64,000 nucleotides of DNA from an uncultured Gemmatimonadales bacterium (GTDB lineage: Bacteria; Gemmatimonadota; Gemmatimonadetes; Longimicrobiales; RSA9), in NCBI GenBank assembly GCA_963816355.1, contig CAWFKH010000003.1, positions 640,001 to 704,000 of the forward strand, given 5' to 3'. Position 1 is the stretch's first letter; each line of letters begins with the position of its first letter. Of this stretch, positions 52,129 to 63,400 are shown piece by piece. The position numbers and the translations under genes were made by a program. Under the pieces are notes generated by a model. That model was not told the origin of the DNA. It saw only the letters and a list, made by a program, of their open reading frames with translations, and made no database searches.

Positions 52129-54080
52129 GCGCCCCCTCCCGCCCCGCGCCCGCCGCCGCCGGCCGCCGCCCGCGCCGCCTCGCGCTCGCGCTCATCCTGC
52201 TCGTCTCCCTCGCCTCCGGCGCGCTCGCCGCCGCCGCCGCCCGCCGCACGTCGACCACGTTCGACGAGATCCTCTTCATCGCCACCGGCGCGCGCGGCTA
52301 CGAGACCGGCCGCTTCGACATGTTCGTCGACCACCCGCCGGTGATGCAGTACCTGTACGGCCTGCCGGTTTGGCTCGCGCACCCCCGCTTTCCCTCCGAG
52401 TCGCTGCACTGGACCACCGGCGTGATGTTCGATTACGCCCGCACGTTCATGTTCCGCATGGGCAACGACCCGCAGCGGCTCGCCTTCCGCGCGCGCGCCG
52501 TCGGCGCCGCCTTCGCCGCGCTGCTCGCGCTCGTCTCCGGGCTGCTCGCGCTGCGCGCCGCGGGTCCCGTTGCCGGCCCCGTCGCGGGCGTCGTCGCCGC
52601 CACGCTCGTCGCGTTCCTGCCGGACGTGCTGGCGCACGGCGGCGTCGCCTACGACGATCTGCCGCTCGCGTTCGCCTTCCTGCTCGCCGCGTGGGCGGTC
52701 GACGCCGCCCTGCGCCGTCCTGGCCCGCGCGCCGGCGCTCTCGCCGGCCTCGCCACCGCGCTCGCGCTCGGCATCAAGTACAGCGCGATCCTGCTGCTGC
52801 CGCTCGCCGCGCTGCTCCTCCTCGCCGAGGGGAGCCGGCGGACAGGTGAGCCGGGCCGAGGCGGCGCGGATCCCCGCGCGCCCGCCCGCCGCTGGCGCGA
52901 CCCGGCGTGGCGGCGAGCGACCCTGGTCGCGGTCGACGTCGCGCTCCTCGCCTGCTACCTCGGCCTCGTCCTCGTCTACCGCGGCGACTTCACGCTGCAC
53001 GCCTTCCTCGACGGCGTCCGCTTCAAGATCGGTCAGGCCACGACGCAGGTCGGCTCCGCGCCCGCCCCCGCCTACCTCCTCGGCCGCGAGGCGCGCGACG
53101 GCTTCTGGTACTTCTACCCGGTCGCCTTCCTGCTCAAGACGCCCCTCGCGCTGCACGCGCTGATGCTGGCGACGGCGGCGGCCGCGCTGCTGCGGCGCGC
53201 GCGAGGCGCCGACGGCGCGCAAGCTGCGGCGGGGGCGGACGCCCCGGCGGCGGCGGGCGGCGCGGCGGCGGCGGATCGGCTCGTCGACGGCCCCGCGCGC
53301 CTGCCCCTGGCGGCGCTCGTCGCGACCGTGCCGGTATTCCTTCGCGCCGAGCTGAACATCGGCTTCCGCCACGCGCTCTTCGTGCTGCCCTTCGTCTGCC
53401 TGCTCGTCGCCTGCGGCTTCGCCGGCGCGTGGAAGCGCGGGCGGCCGGCGCCGCGCCTCGCGCTCGCGGCGCTGCTCGTCGCCTACGTCGCCTCCTCCGC
53501 GAGCTGGTATCCGTGGTTTCTGGCCTACACCAGCGAGTACGTGCGCGGCCGCGACCGCGGCTACACCGCGCTCGACGACTCCAGCCTCGACTGGGGCCAG
53601 GGCCTCCTCGAGCTGCGCGACTTCATGCGACGCGAACGCGTCCGCCGCGTCCGCCTCTCCTACTTCGGCTCCGCGCTGCCCGCCGCCTACGGCATCGACT
53701 ACGAGCCGCTGCCGTCGTTCTTCGCCCTCGCGGGGCCGGCGGCGTCGGGCGCCGTGGAGCCGATCGGCGGGCAGGCCGCCGAGACGGCGCAGCGGGCGAG
53801 GCCCGGCGGGGGCGCGGCAGACGATCGAGCGCGCGGAGCCGCGGCAGACGATCGAGCGCGCGGGGCCGCGGACGGCGTGCGCTTCACGGTCCTCTCGGCG
53901 ACGAGCCTGGTCGGCAACTACCTCGAGGGAGACCCCTTCGCGGCGTACCGGGCGCGCACGCCGTACCGCGTGCTGGGGCACGTCCTCTTCGTGTACGAGG
54001 ACGGGCGGGATCCGCAGGCGGCCCTTCCCTCCGCCGGCGACGGCCGCCGCGGCGAGGCCGCGCGGCCGGGGGGCGGGTGA
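52125..54080 (+). CDS. ArnT/PMT-like lipid-carrier-dependent glycosyltransferase, family E copy 2
   Basis: STTFDE, DHPP, PDVLAHGG, IKYSA, YFYPVAFLLKTP, DSSLDWGQGL; GTGA overlap. Confidence 0.8.
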   Translation: MSAPSRPAPAAAGRRPRRLALALILLVSLASGALAAAAARRTSTTFDEILFIATGARGYETGRFDMFVDHPPVMQYLYGLPVWLAHPRFPSESLHWTTGVMFDYARTFMFRMGNDPQRLAFRARAVGAAFAALLALVSGLLALRAAGPVAGPVAGVVAATLVAFLPDVLAHGGVAYDDLPLAFAFLLAAWAVDAALRRPGPRAGALAGLATALALGIKYSAILLLPLAALLLLAEGSRRTGEPGRGGADPRAPARRWRDPAWRRATLVAVDVALLACYLGLVLVYRGDFTLHAFLDGVRFKIGQATTQVGSAPAPAYLLGREARDGFWYFYPVAFLLKTPLALHALMLATAAAALLRRARGADGAQAAAGADAPAAAGGAAAADRLVDGPARLPLAALVATVPVFLRAELNIGFRHALFVLPFVCLLVACGFAGAWKRGRPAPRLALAALLVAYVASSASWYPWFLAYTSEYVRGRDRGYTALDDSSLDWGQGLLELRDFMRRERVRRVRLSYFGSALPAAYGIDYEPLPSFFALAGPAASGAVEPIGGQAAETAQRARPGGGAADDRARGAAADDRARGAADGVRFTVLSATSLVGNYLEGDPFAAYRARTPYRVLGHVLFVYEDGRDPQAALPSAGDGRRGEAARPGGG

Positions 54081-54308
54081 GGCGGGACGGACGGCGCCGG
54101 GCCCGGGACGAACGCGCACGTCCGCCCGTTCGCTGGCGGCTGCGACGAGACGATGAAGGGAAGCCGCGCGGGCCGTGCGCCGGCCGGATCGGCCGCAGCC
54201 CTTGACGGACGACCCCGTGCGGCCACATGTAAATACCCTCCCCCCCCGAACACGAACCGGCCCGCGGCCGGAAGACTTCTCCGTTCAAATCACGAGTCAG
54301 AGGCCTGC

Positions 54309-57300
54309 ATGCCGAAAGCCGAAGCGGCGAACGCACGTCGTACGTCCGGTAGCGAATGTCGTACTTCCTCTCGCGAAGCGAAGGCGCTCCGCCTCGCTCG
54401 CAGGCCTGCCGGCGTCGAGCGCGGCAGGCGGGGATGGCGGCGCCGCGCGGGGGCGGGCGTTCTGGCGCTCGCGTGGGCGGCGGCGCTGGCGTCGTGCAAG
54501 CCGGACGCGGGCACGTCGGGTCCGACGGCGGAGGCGGTGGCGGTGCGGGTGGTGTCGGGGTCGGATCAGAGCGGGGTGGTGGGCGCGGCGCTCGGCTCGC
54601 CGCTGGTGGTGGAGGCGGAGGACGCGGCGGGCGCGGCGGTGGCGGACGCGGCGGTGAGCTGGACGGTGGTGTCCGGCGGCGGCACGCTGCAGGCGGCGTC
54701 GCGGACGGACGCTCAGGGGCGCGCGAGCGCGACGTGGACGCTGGGCGGCGCGCTGGGCGTGCAGGCGGTCGAGGCGTCGGTGGGCGACGGCGTGGGCGCC
54801 GCTCGCGCGCGCTTCGAGGCGACGGCGACGGCGGACGGCGCGGCGCGCGTGACGGTGAGCCCGGACTCGGTGGAGCTGGCGGCGATCGGCGCGACGGCGG
54901 CGCTGAGCGCGGCGGTCGCGGACCGCTTCGGCAACCCGCTGGGCACGGCGGTGAGCTGGTCCGTGGCGGACGCGGCGGTGGCGAGCGTGGACGCGGCGAC
55001 CGGCGTCGTGACGGCGGTGGGCGCGGGCACGACGGTGGTGACGGCGGCGGCGGACACGGCGCACGGCACGGCGGTCGTGGTGGTGCGGCCGGCGGTGGCG
55101 CGGCTGCAGGTGGTGCCCGCGACGGCGACGCTGACGTCGGCGGGGGACACCGTGCGGCTGGCGGCGCTCGCGTTCGACGCGGCGGGCAATCCCGTGCTGG
55201 AGCCGGTGGTGACGTGGACGACGTCGGACGCCGGCGTGGCCAGCGTGGACGCGGCGAGCGGCCGCGTGAGCGCGGTCGCCGACGGCACGGCGACGATCAC
55301 GGCGAGCAGCGGCGGCGTGAGCGCGAGCGCGACGGTGACGGTGGCGCGGACGGCGGCGAGCGTGGAGGTGAGCCCCGCGACGGTGACGCTGGGCGCGATC
55401 GGCGCGACGCAGGCGCTCACCGCGACCGTGCGCGACGCGGGCGGGACGGCGATCGCGGCTGCGGCCGTGACGTGGACCACGTCGGACGCGGCGGTGGTGG
55501 CGGTGGACGCGGCGACGGGCGTGGTGCGCGCGGTGGCGAACGGGAGCGCGACGATCACCGCGAAGAGCGGCGCCGCGAGCGGCAGCGCGAGCGTGACGGT
55601 GGCGCAGGCGGCGGCGAGCGTGGCCGTCAGCCCGGCGAGCTTCACCTTCACGACGCTGGGCCAGACGCAGCAGTTCACGGCGGTGGTGAAGGACGCGCAG
55701 GGAACGGTGATCCCCGGCGTGGGCGTGTCGTGGAGCAGCTCGAACACGGCCGTGGTCGGCATCGACGCCGCGGGGCTCGCGACGTCGGTCGCGACGGGCG
55801 GTCCGGTGACGCTGACGGCGAGCCGCGACGGCGTGAGCGGGAGCGCGAGCGTGACCGTGACCCAGACGGCCTCGCCCGCGAACACGACGATCGCGGCGGG
55901 CGCGGCGAGCCTGCCCGCGGACGGCACGAGCACGACCACGATCACCGTGACGGCGCGCGACGCGGCGGGCAACGCGCTCACCGCCAGCGGCGGCGTGGTG
56001 ACGCTGGCGACGACGCTGGGCACGCTGTCGGCGGTGAGCGACCACGGCGACGGCACCTACACGGCGACCCTCACGGCCGCGACGACCACGGGGACGGCGA
56101 CGGTGAGCGGCACGATCGCCGGCAACGCGATCACGTCCGGCGACGCCGCGGTGGCGTTCACGGCGGGCGCGCTGGACCACTTCCTGGTCGAGGCGGCGGG
56201 CGGCGGCGCGATCGGGACGCAGACGGCGGGGACGCCGTTCTCGATCCGCATCACGGCGCAGGACGCGAACGGCAACACGGTGACGAGCTTCGACGGCGCC
56301 GGCGCGACCGTCGACGTGACGTCGAACCGGGCGGGGTCCGCCGGGCTCGCGACGACCGGCACCTTCACGGCGGGCGTGCTGGCGAGCTGGAGCGTGACGC
56401 TGACGCAGGCGGGTGCGGGCGCGACCCTGACCGCCACGCGCACGGGCGGCGCCGAGAACGGCACGAGCGCGGCGTTCTCCGTGAGCGCGGGCGCTTTCAC
56501 GAAGCTGCAGGTGCTGGTGCCGGGTGAGACCGCGGCGCCGGGCACGGCGAGCGGCAAGACCGGCACGCCTTCGTCGCAGACGGCGGGCGCCGCCTTCGAC
56601 GTGCAGGTGCACGCGGTCGACGCCTTCTTCAACGTGGCCGGCGCGGTGAGCGACGTCGTCCACCTCAGCTCGAGCGACGGCGCGGCGGTGCTGCCGGCCG
56701 ACGCCGCGCTGTCGGCGGGCAGCGGCACGTTCTCCGTCGAGCTGCGCACGGCCGGCACGCAGACGCTCACGGCGAGCGACGTCACCGACGGCACGAAGAC
56801 GGCCGGCACGAGCGCGGGCATCACCGTCGCGGCGGCGGCACCTTCCACGTTCGCCGTGAGCGCCTCGACGCTCACGCCGGCCCACGGCGCCACGATCTCG
56901 CTCACCGCCGCGCTGCAGGACGCCTTCGGCAACGCGATCCCGACCGCGGGCGTGAGCGTGGCGTGGACGAGCACGAACGGCGGCAGCTTCGCCGCCACTC
57001 CCACGCTCACCGACGCGACCGGCACCGCGAGCGCGAGCTTCACCGTGGCGACCACCGCCAACACGACCCACGTGATCACCGCCACGTCGACCACGCCGGC
57101 GGCGAACGGCTCCGTCACGGTCGTGACCCAGAACACGGCCCCCACGGGCGTCGCCGACGCCTACGCGACCGTCGGCAACGTCGGCTTCTCCGTGGCGGCG
57201 CCGGGCGTGCTCGGCAACGACTCCGACGCCGACGGCGACGCGATCTCGATCGCCGCGCCCGGCACCCTCGCCACCACCGGCGGCGCCAGCGTGGACCTGG

Positions 57301-59904
57301 CCGCGGACGGCGGCTTCACGTACCACGCCAACGCCGGCTTCTCCGGCAGCGACACCTTCACCTACCAGGCGAGCGACGGCGCCGACAACTCCGCCGCTAC
57401 CACCGTCACGGTGACGGTCAGCGGCATGAACTGGTTCGTCGACGCCACCGCCGCCGCCGGCGGCGACGGGACGCAGGTCGCGCCCTTCCAGACCGCGACG
57501 GCGGCCGCCGCCGCGGCCGGCACCGGCGACCGCATCCTCGTCTTCCGCGGCAGCGGCGCCGCCTACGACGGCGGCCTCACGCTGCAACAGGACCAGCAGC
57601 TCATCGGACAGGGGACCGCGACCGCCGTCACCGCGACGGTGAACGGCAGCCGCCGTCACGCTGCTGCCCGCGCTCGGCACCGGCAGCCCGACCAGCCTCA
57701 CGCGCAGCGGCGCGGGCGCGACCCTCACGCTGCCGGCCACGGGCGCGGGCACCGTCTCGATCCGCGGCTTCACCATCGCCAGCGGCGCCGGGGCGGCGCT
57801 CAGCGGCAGCGGCTTCGGCACGCTCGACCTCACCGAGTCCTCGATCGCCGCGACCGGCGGGGCCGCGCTGGACCTGACGAACGGGACGCTGTCGGGCGGC
57901 GTGTCGGCGACGAGCGCGTCGGGCGGGGCGCACAGCGTGAACCTCGTCAACGTCGCGACGAGCGGCACGTTCGCGCTGGGCAGCGGCGCGCTCTCCGGCA
58001 GCACGGGGGACGCGGTGGTGCTCTCCGGCGGCGCGGGCACGTTCACCTACGGCGGCAGCGTGACGAACGCGGCGGGCCACATCGTCGCGATCAGCGGCCG
58101 CAGCGGCGGCGGGCTCACGCTCTCGGGCAACCTGAGCGAGAGCGGGACGGGGATCCTGGCGCAGAACAACACGGGCGGCGCCTACACCTTCAGCGGCGCG
58201 ACGAAGACGCTCTCGACGGGCGCGAGCGCGGCCGTCTCGCTCTCCACGAACGCGGGCGCGAGCTTCGCCTTCACGGGCGGCGGCCTCGCGATCACGACGT
58301 CGAGCGGCGCCGGCTTCAGCGCGACGGGCGGCGGCACGGTGACGGTGAGCGGCGCGCTCAACACGATCGGCTCCGCGGGCGGGACGCCGCTGACGGTGAC
58401 GAGCACGACGATCGGCGCCGGGGGGCTCGCCTTCCGGAGCGTCGCCGCGACGGGCGGCACGAACGGGATCGTGCTGAGCAACACCGGCGCGGGCGGCCTC
58501 ACGGTGAGCGGCGACGGGGCGTCCGACGCGGCGAACACGACGCGCGGCCGCACGACGGCGAAGAGCGGAGGCGGCACGCTGGCGCTCGGCTCGGGCGGCA
58601 CGATCAGCGGCGTGACGGGGGCGGCCATCAGCCTGAGCTCGGTGAGCGGCGTGGTGCTGCGCAACATGACGATCTCGAACAGCGGCGGGGCGGTGGTCAA
58701 CAGCGGCGGGCACGGCATCGCGGCGAGCGGCGTCGCCGGGCTCACGCTCGACAACGTCCTGATCTCGGGCGTCGGCGCGAACATGGGGATCTTCGGCACG
58801 AACGTCTCCGACCTCTCGATCCTGCACAGCGAGCTGGCCAACAACGCGACGGCGGCGGGCGTGGAGGCGTCCGACGTGTGGGGAGCGCGCTTCAGCGAAC
58901 TGACGGGAACGGGCCTGATCCAGAACTCGCTCCTGCACCACTCGGCCGCGAACATCTTCGGCATTCAGCAGACGACTGCGACGCCGCTCTCGCTGACGGT
59001 CGACAACAGCGAGTTCCGCGACACGAACGCCGCGAGCCCCGGCAACGACGGACTGCTGGTGAGCGGCACCGGCTCGGCCAACGTGACGCTGTCGGTCTCG
59101 AACAGCTCGTTCCTGCGCGACCGCGCCAACGGCGTGCAGTACAACATGAACAACAACGCGGGCGGCGGCTCGCTCACCGTCCACTCGAGCGTCTTCGAGG
59201 CGAACGCGATCGACCTCAACGTCGCGCACCAGGGCACGGGCAAGACGGTGAGCTTCGACTTCACCGGCAACACGATGCGCCAGAGCGCGAGCGCGGCGGC
59301 CTCGAGCAACTCGATCAACGTCTTCCTGGCCGGCCTCTCGAGCGCCACCACGGTGCTCAAGGGGACCATCGCCAACAACGTGATCGGCAACGCGGGCGCG
59401 ACCGACTCCGGCTCGACCGGCGGCGACGGCATCAACCTCTTCGCCAGCGGCGCGGGCACGCTGACCGCCAACGTGACCGGCAACACGGTGCGCGGCATCA
59501 AGGTCGGCAACGCCTTCTCGGCGACCTCCTCCTCGCACACCGGCCAGATCAACATCACGCTGCGCACGAACGACTTCCGCATCACGCCCTCGAGCAGCGG
59601 CTTCGCCCTCGCCGGCGTGCTCCTCGGCTTCGCCGGCCTCGCCGGCGACACGAGCACGATGTGCGCCGACCTCGCCGGCAACACCGCCTTCGTCGGCGAC
59701 CCCACCTTCTTCGGCGCCTTCGTCAACGCCGGCGCCGGCGGATCCCAGACGCTCCAGCTCGTGGGCTACGCCGGAGCGGCCAACGACCACGCGGCGATCG
59801 CCGCCTTCCTGAACACGACGGCCACGACCGTATCGCCGGCCGCCGACGCCTCCACGCTCCCCTCCAGCGCCGTCGGCCGCGCCACCCCCTGCCCGCTCCC
59901 CTGA
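54309..59904 (+). CDS. Giant surface lipoprotein 1 (Ig-like repeats plus probable beta-helix), one frameshift near 57651
   Basis: Lipobox LASC; BIG2-like repeats (VTVSP...WTTSDA.VASVD), invasin-like ADGTSTTTITVT, NTAPTGVADAY...GVLGND module, WFVD. Removing one C near 57651 joins the 57901-59904 frame. Confidence 0.85.
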
Positions 59905-59950
59905 CGCGCGGCGGCCCCCCCTGACGCGCGGCGGCCTCTCCTGACGCGCG
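59901..59950. repeat. 20-bp tandem repeat (about 2.5 copies) starting at the stop codon
   Basis: ctgacgcgcggcggcc at 59901 and 59921, partial copy at 59941. Confidence 0.75.
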
Positions 59951-60459
59951 CGGCGTCCCGATCGGGGCGCCGCCGCGCCCTCCTCCTCCCGCAGGCCCTC
60001 CGTTTCTCGCGGAGGCCGCGGGGGACGCGGAGGGTCGCCCGCGCGGCACGCCGTCGACGCTCGAACCACGCCTCGCCGCGCACGGTCGGAACGGCCGCTC
60101 CGGCCACTTTGCGGCGCGCCCTCACGTCTTCGCGGAAGGCCGCTGTCGCTTCGCCGCACCAGCGCTGTGGCGGCGACGCACACGCGCGGGCCGCGCGCGC
60201 TCTGGCGGGCCGCGCGTCGGGTGGGACCGGACGATGGCAAATCGGGATGATATGCGTGGCTCTGTCGTCATGACGTCATTTTCTGCGGAGCGCCCTGTCC
60301 TGAAGCCGAATCGCGGCGCCCCCGGTGTCCATTGACAGAGGACGGCGCCGGGGTGGAACGTAGGCGCGGCTCGGCGTCCGGTGCCCGGCGTGCGAGCACG
60401 GTTGCGCGGCATTACGACGCGTCACTGCCTTTTCCCGGCCCATCTCTCGAGGAAATCCG

Positions 60460-63400
60460 ATGAAGCGAAGCGTGCGGGCGATTGCGCTCGTGCTGCCTGC
60501 GTTGTTGCTGGCGGCCGTGGGGTGCCAGGAGACGAGTGCGCCGACGACGGAAGAGGCGCCGTTCCTGGCGATTTCGGACGGAGCGCAGCCGGCGGGGGTG
60601 GACGGGTTCTATTTCCTGCCGCCGCTGGTGATGGGCAATCCGAGCTTCTCGGGGACGTTCGACGCGGGCCTGCTGGATCGGCTGAAGGTGCGCGTGTGCG
60701 AGATGAACGCCTCGCACAACGCGTGCGGAGCGGGATCGGACGTGGCGGTGCTGGACGCGACGACGGACCCGGCGCTGACGGTGGACGCGAAGAAGGAGAA
60801 CTACAGCGTCAACTGGACGCCGGGGGTGGTGGGCTTCTTCCGCGTGCGGGTGCTGGCGGACGACGGCGCGGGCGAGGTGCTGCTCGGGTACTTCGACGTG
60901 CAGTCGGCGAACCGGGGGAAGGACCTGAAGCATATCCCGCCCGGCTTCTACGGGACGGTGAACACGTCTCCGGTGCCGGTGAAGTTCCGCGTGGAGACGG
61001 GGGTGAGGGGCCGGGTGAGCGTGACGCCGGCGACGCACACGATGCTGGTGGGGGAGAGCCAGACGTACACGGCGACGGTGACCGATCTGCGCGGCGCGGC
61101 GATCTCCGGCGCGGCGGTGGCGTGGACGACGGATCCGGCGGGCGTGGCGACGCTGTCGCCGACGAGCGGGACGACGGACGGGTCCGGTCAGACGACGACG
61201 TCGGCGACGGGCGTCTCCGGCGCGACGACGTCGGTGATCGCGTCGAGCGGCGGCGTGAGCGGGTCGGCGTCGCTGACGGTGGTGGCGCAGTCGCCGCCGA
61301 GCGCGGAGGACGACGCCTACACCGTGCAGGCGGGCGGCGCGCTGACGGTTCCGAGTGCGGGCCCGCCGGCGCTGGTGGGTCTGCTGGCGAACGACGACCT
61401 CGGCATCCCGACGGCGACGCTGGTCGCGTTCACGATCGGCCTCGCGGAGTTCGTCCCGGGCGCGACCGACCAGACGTTCGACGAGGGCACGCTGCACGTG
61501 GGCGCGGACGGCAGCTTCGTGGCGAGCGGCCTGACGGTGGCGGGTGACCACACCTTCACCTACCGCATCGACAACGCAGTGCCGCCGGCGAGCACGGCGA
61601 CGGTGAAGATCACGGTGACGCCGGCCGCCGCGGCGCAGCTGGCCATCGCGACGCAGCCGTCCTCGACCGCGCAGAGCGGGGCGGCGTTCGCGCAGCAGCC
61701 GGTCGTGCAGCTCCAGGACGCGTTCGGCAACGCGGTCTCGCAGGCGGGCGTCGCGGTGACGGCGGCGATCGCGAGCGGCGGCGGCACGCTGGGCGGCACG
61801 CTGACGGCGAACACGGACGCGAGCGGGCAGGCCGCCTTCACCAACCTCTCGATCACCGGCACCGCCGGCCCGCGCACGCTGAGCTTCAGCGCGAGCGGCC
61901 TGACGGGGGCGACGTCGGATGCGATCGAGGTGGGAGCGGGCGCGGCGGCGAAGCTGGCGTTCACGCAGCAGCCGACCAACGCGACGGCGGGCGTGGCGAT
62001 CTCGCCGGCCGTGACGGTCACGATCCAGGACGGCGCCGGCAACACGGTCGCGAGCACCGCGAGCGTGACGGTGGCGATCGGCACGAACCCGGCGAGCGGC
62101 ACGCTCTCGGGGACGAAGACGGTGGCGGCGGTGGGCGGCGTGGCGACGTTCTCGGACCTCAGCATCGACAAGGCAGGCACCGGCTACACGCTGGGCGCGA
62201 CCTCGAGCGGCCTGACGGGCGCCACGAGCTCGGCCTTCGACATCGCGGCGGCGGGCGTCGCGAGCTTCCGCGTGGAGGCGGCGGGCGGCGGCGACATCGG
62301 CACGCAGAGCGCCGGCACGCCCTTCAACATCCGCGTCACGGCGCTGGACGCCTTCGGCAACGTGGCGGCCGGCTTCACCGGCACGGTGGACGTCAGCGCT
62401 GCGGGCGCGACGCTCGGCTCGGGCGGCGCCACGACGGCGTCGTTCACGGCCGGCGTGCTTGCCTCGCACGCGGTGAACTTCTCGAGCGCCGGGGATCCGG
62501 TGACACTGACGGCGACGCGCACGGGCGGCGCCGAGACCGGCACGAGCAACACGTTCACGGTGCAGGGCCCGCCGAACGCGGTCGACGACACGGACCCGAC
62601 GGTCACGGCCGGCACGAGCACGCCGGGCAGCACGATCTACCACATCGCCCTCGACGCGACGAGCACGGACGTGATCGACGTGCTGGCGAACGACGACCTG
62701 GGCGCGCCGGCCGCGACGACGCGCACCTTCGGCAACGTCCAGTTGAACGCCGGCACGGCGATCGGCGGCGCGGTCACCGCGACCGCGTTCGGCGGCGCGG
62801 CGGTCGATCTCGGCTCGGGCGGCTCGCTCGCGGTCGCGAGCGATGGCAAGGTCACGCTCACCGCGCCCACCGGCTTCACCGGCCTCATCACCTTCGACTA
62901 CCGGCTGCAGAACACCGCCGGCGCCTCGGACGCGACGGTTACGGTCGCGGTGGGCGCGCGCCCGGACGCCGTCGACGACACCTACCCGACGACGCTCATC
63001 GGCAACGTGCCGGTCAACACCTCGACGTCGAGCCACTTCAGCGTCTCCGGCAACGACACGGGCGACGGCCTGACCTTCAACACGACGCCGGTCAGCACCT
63101 CGCACGGCAGCGTCACGCTGCACGCGGACGGCACCTTCGAGTTCGCGCCCGAGGCGGGCTACAGCGGCGCCGCCGGCTTCACCTACGAGGTCTCCAACGG
63201 CTTCGGCGCCGACCAGGGCGCGGTCTCGCTCACGGTGGGCCGCGTGATCTGGTTCGTCGACGCCGCGGCCGCGGCGGGCGGCGACGGGCGGCTGGGCTCC
63301 GCGCTCAACAGCCTGAGCCCGCTCGACGGCGCGGGCGGCGCGGGTGACGTGGACGGCGCCGGCGACGCCATCTTCCTGGCGAGCGGCAGCTACGGCGCGC

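Noticed and set aside
54240..54247. C8 tract as a phase-variable promoter element of adhesin 1
   Set aside because: Short for this GC content, and no correctly spaced -35/-10 pair could be placed around it.
60230..60400. c-di-GMP or c-di-AMP riboswitch upstream of adhesin 2
   Set aside because: GGCAAA, GCCGAATC and GTAGGC words and a hairpin are present, but the conserved cores are not; an Rfam scan would be needed.
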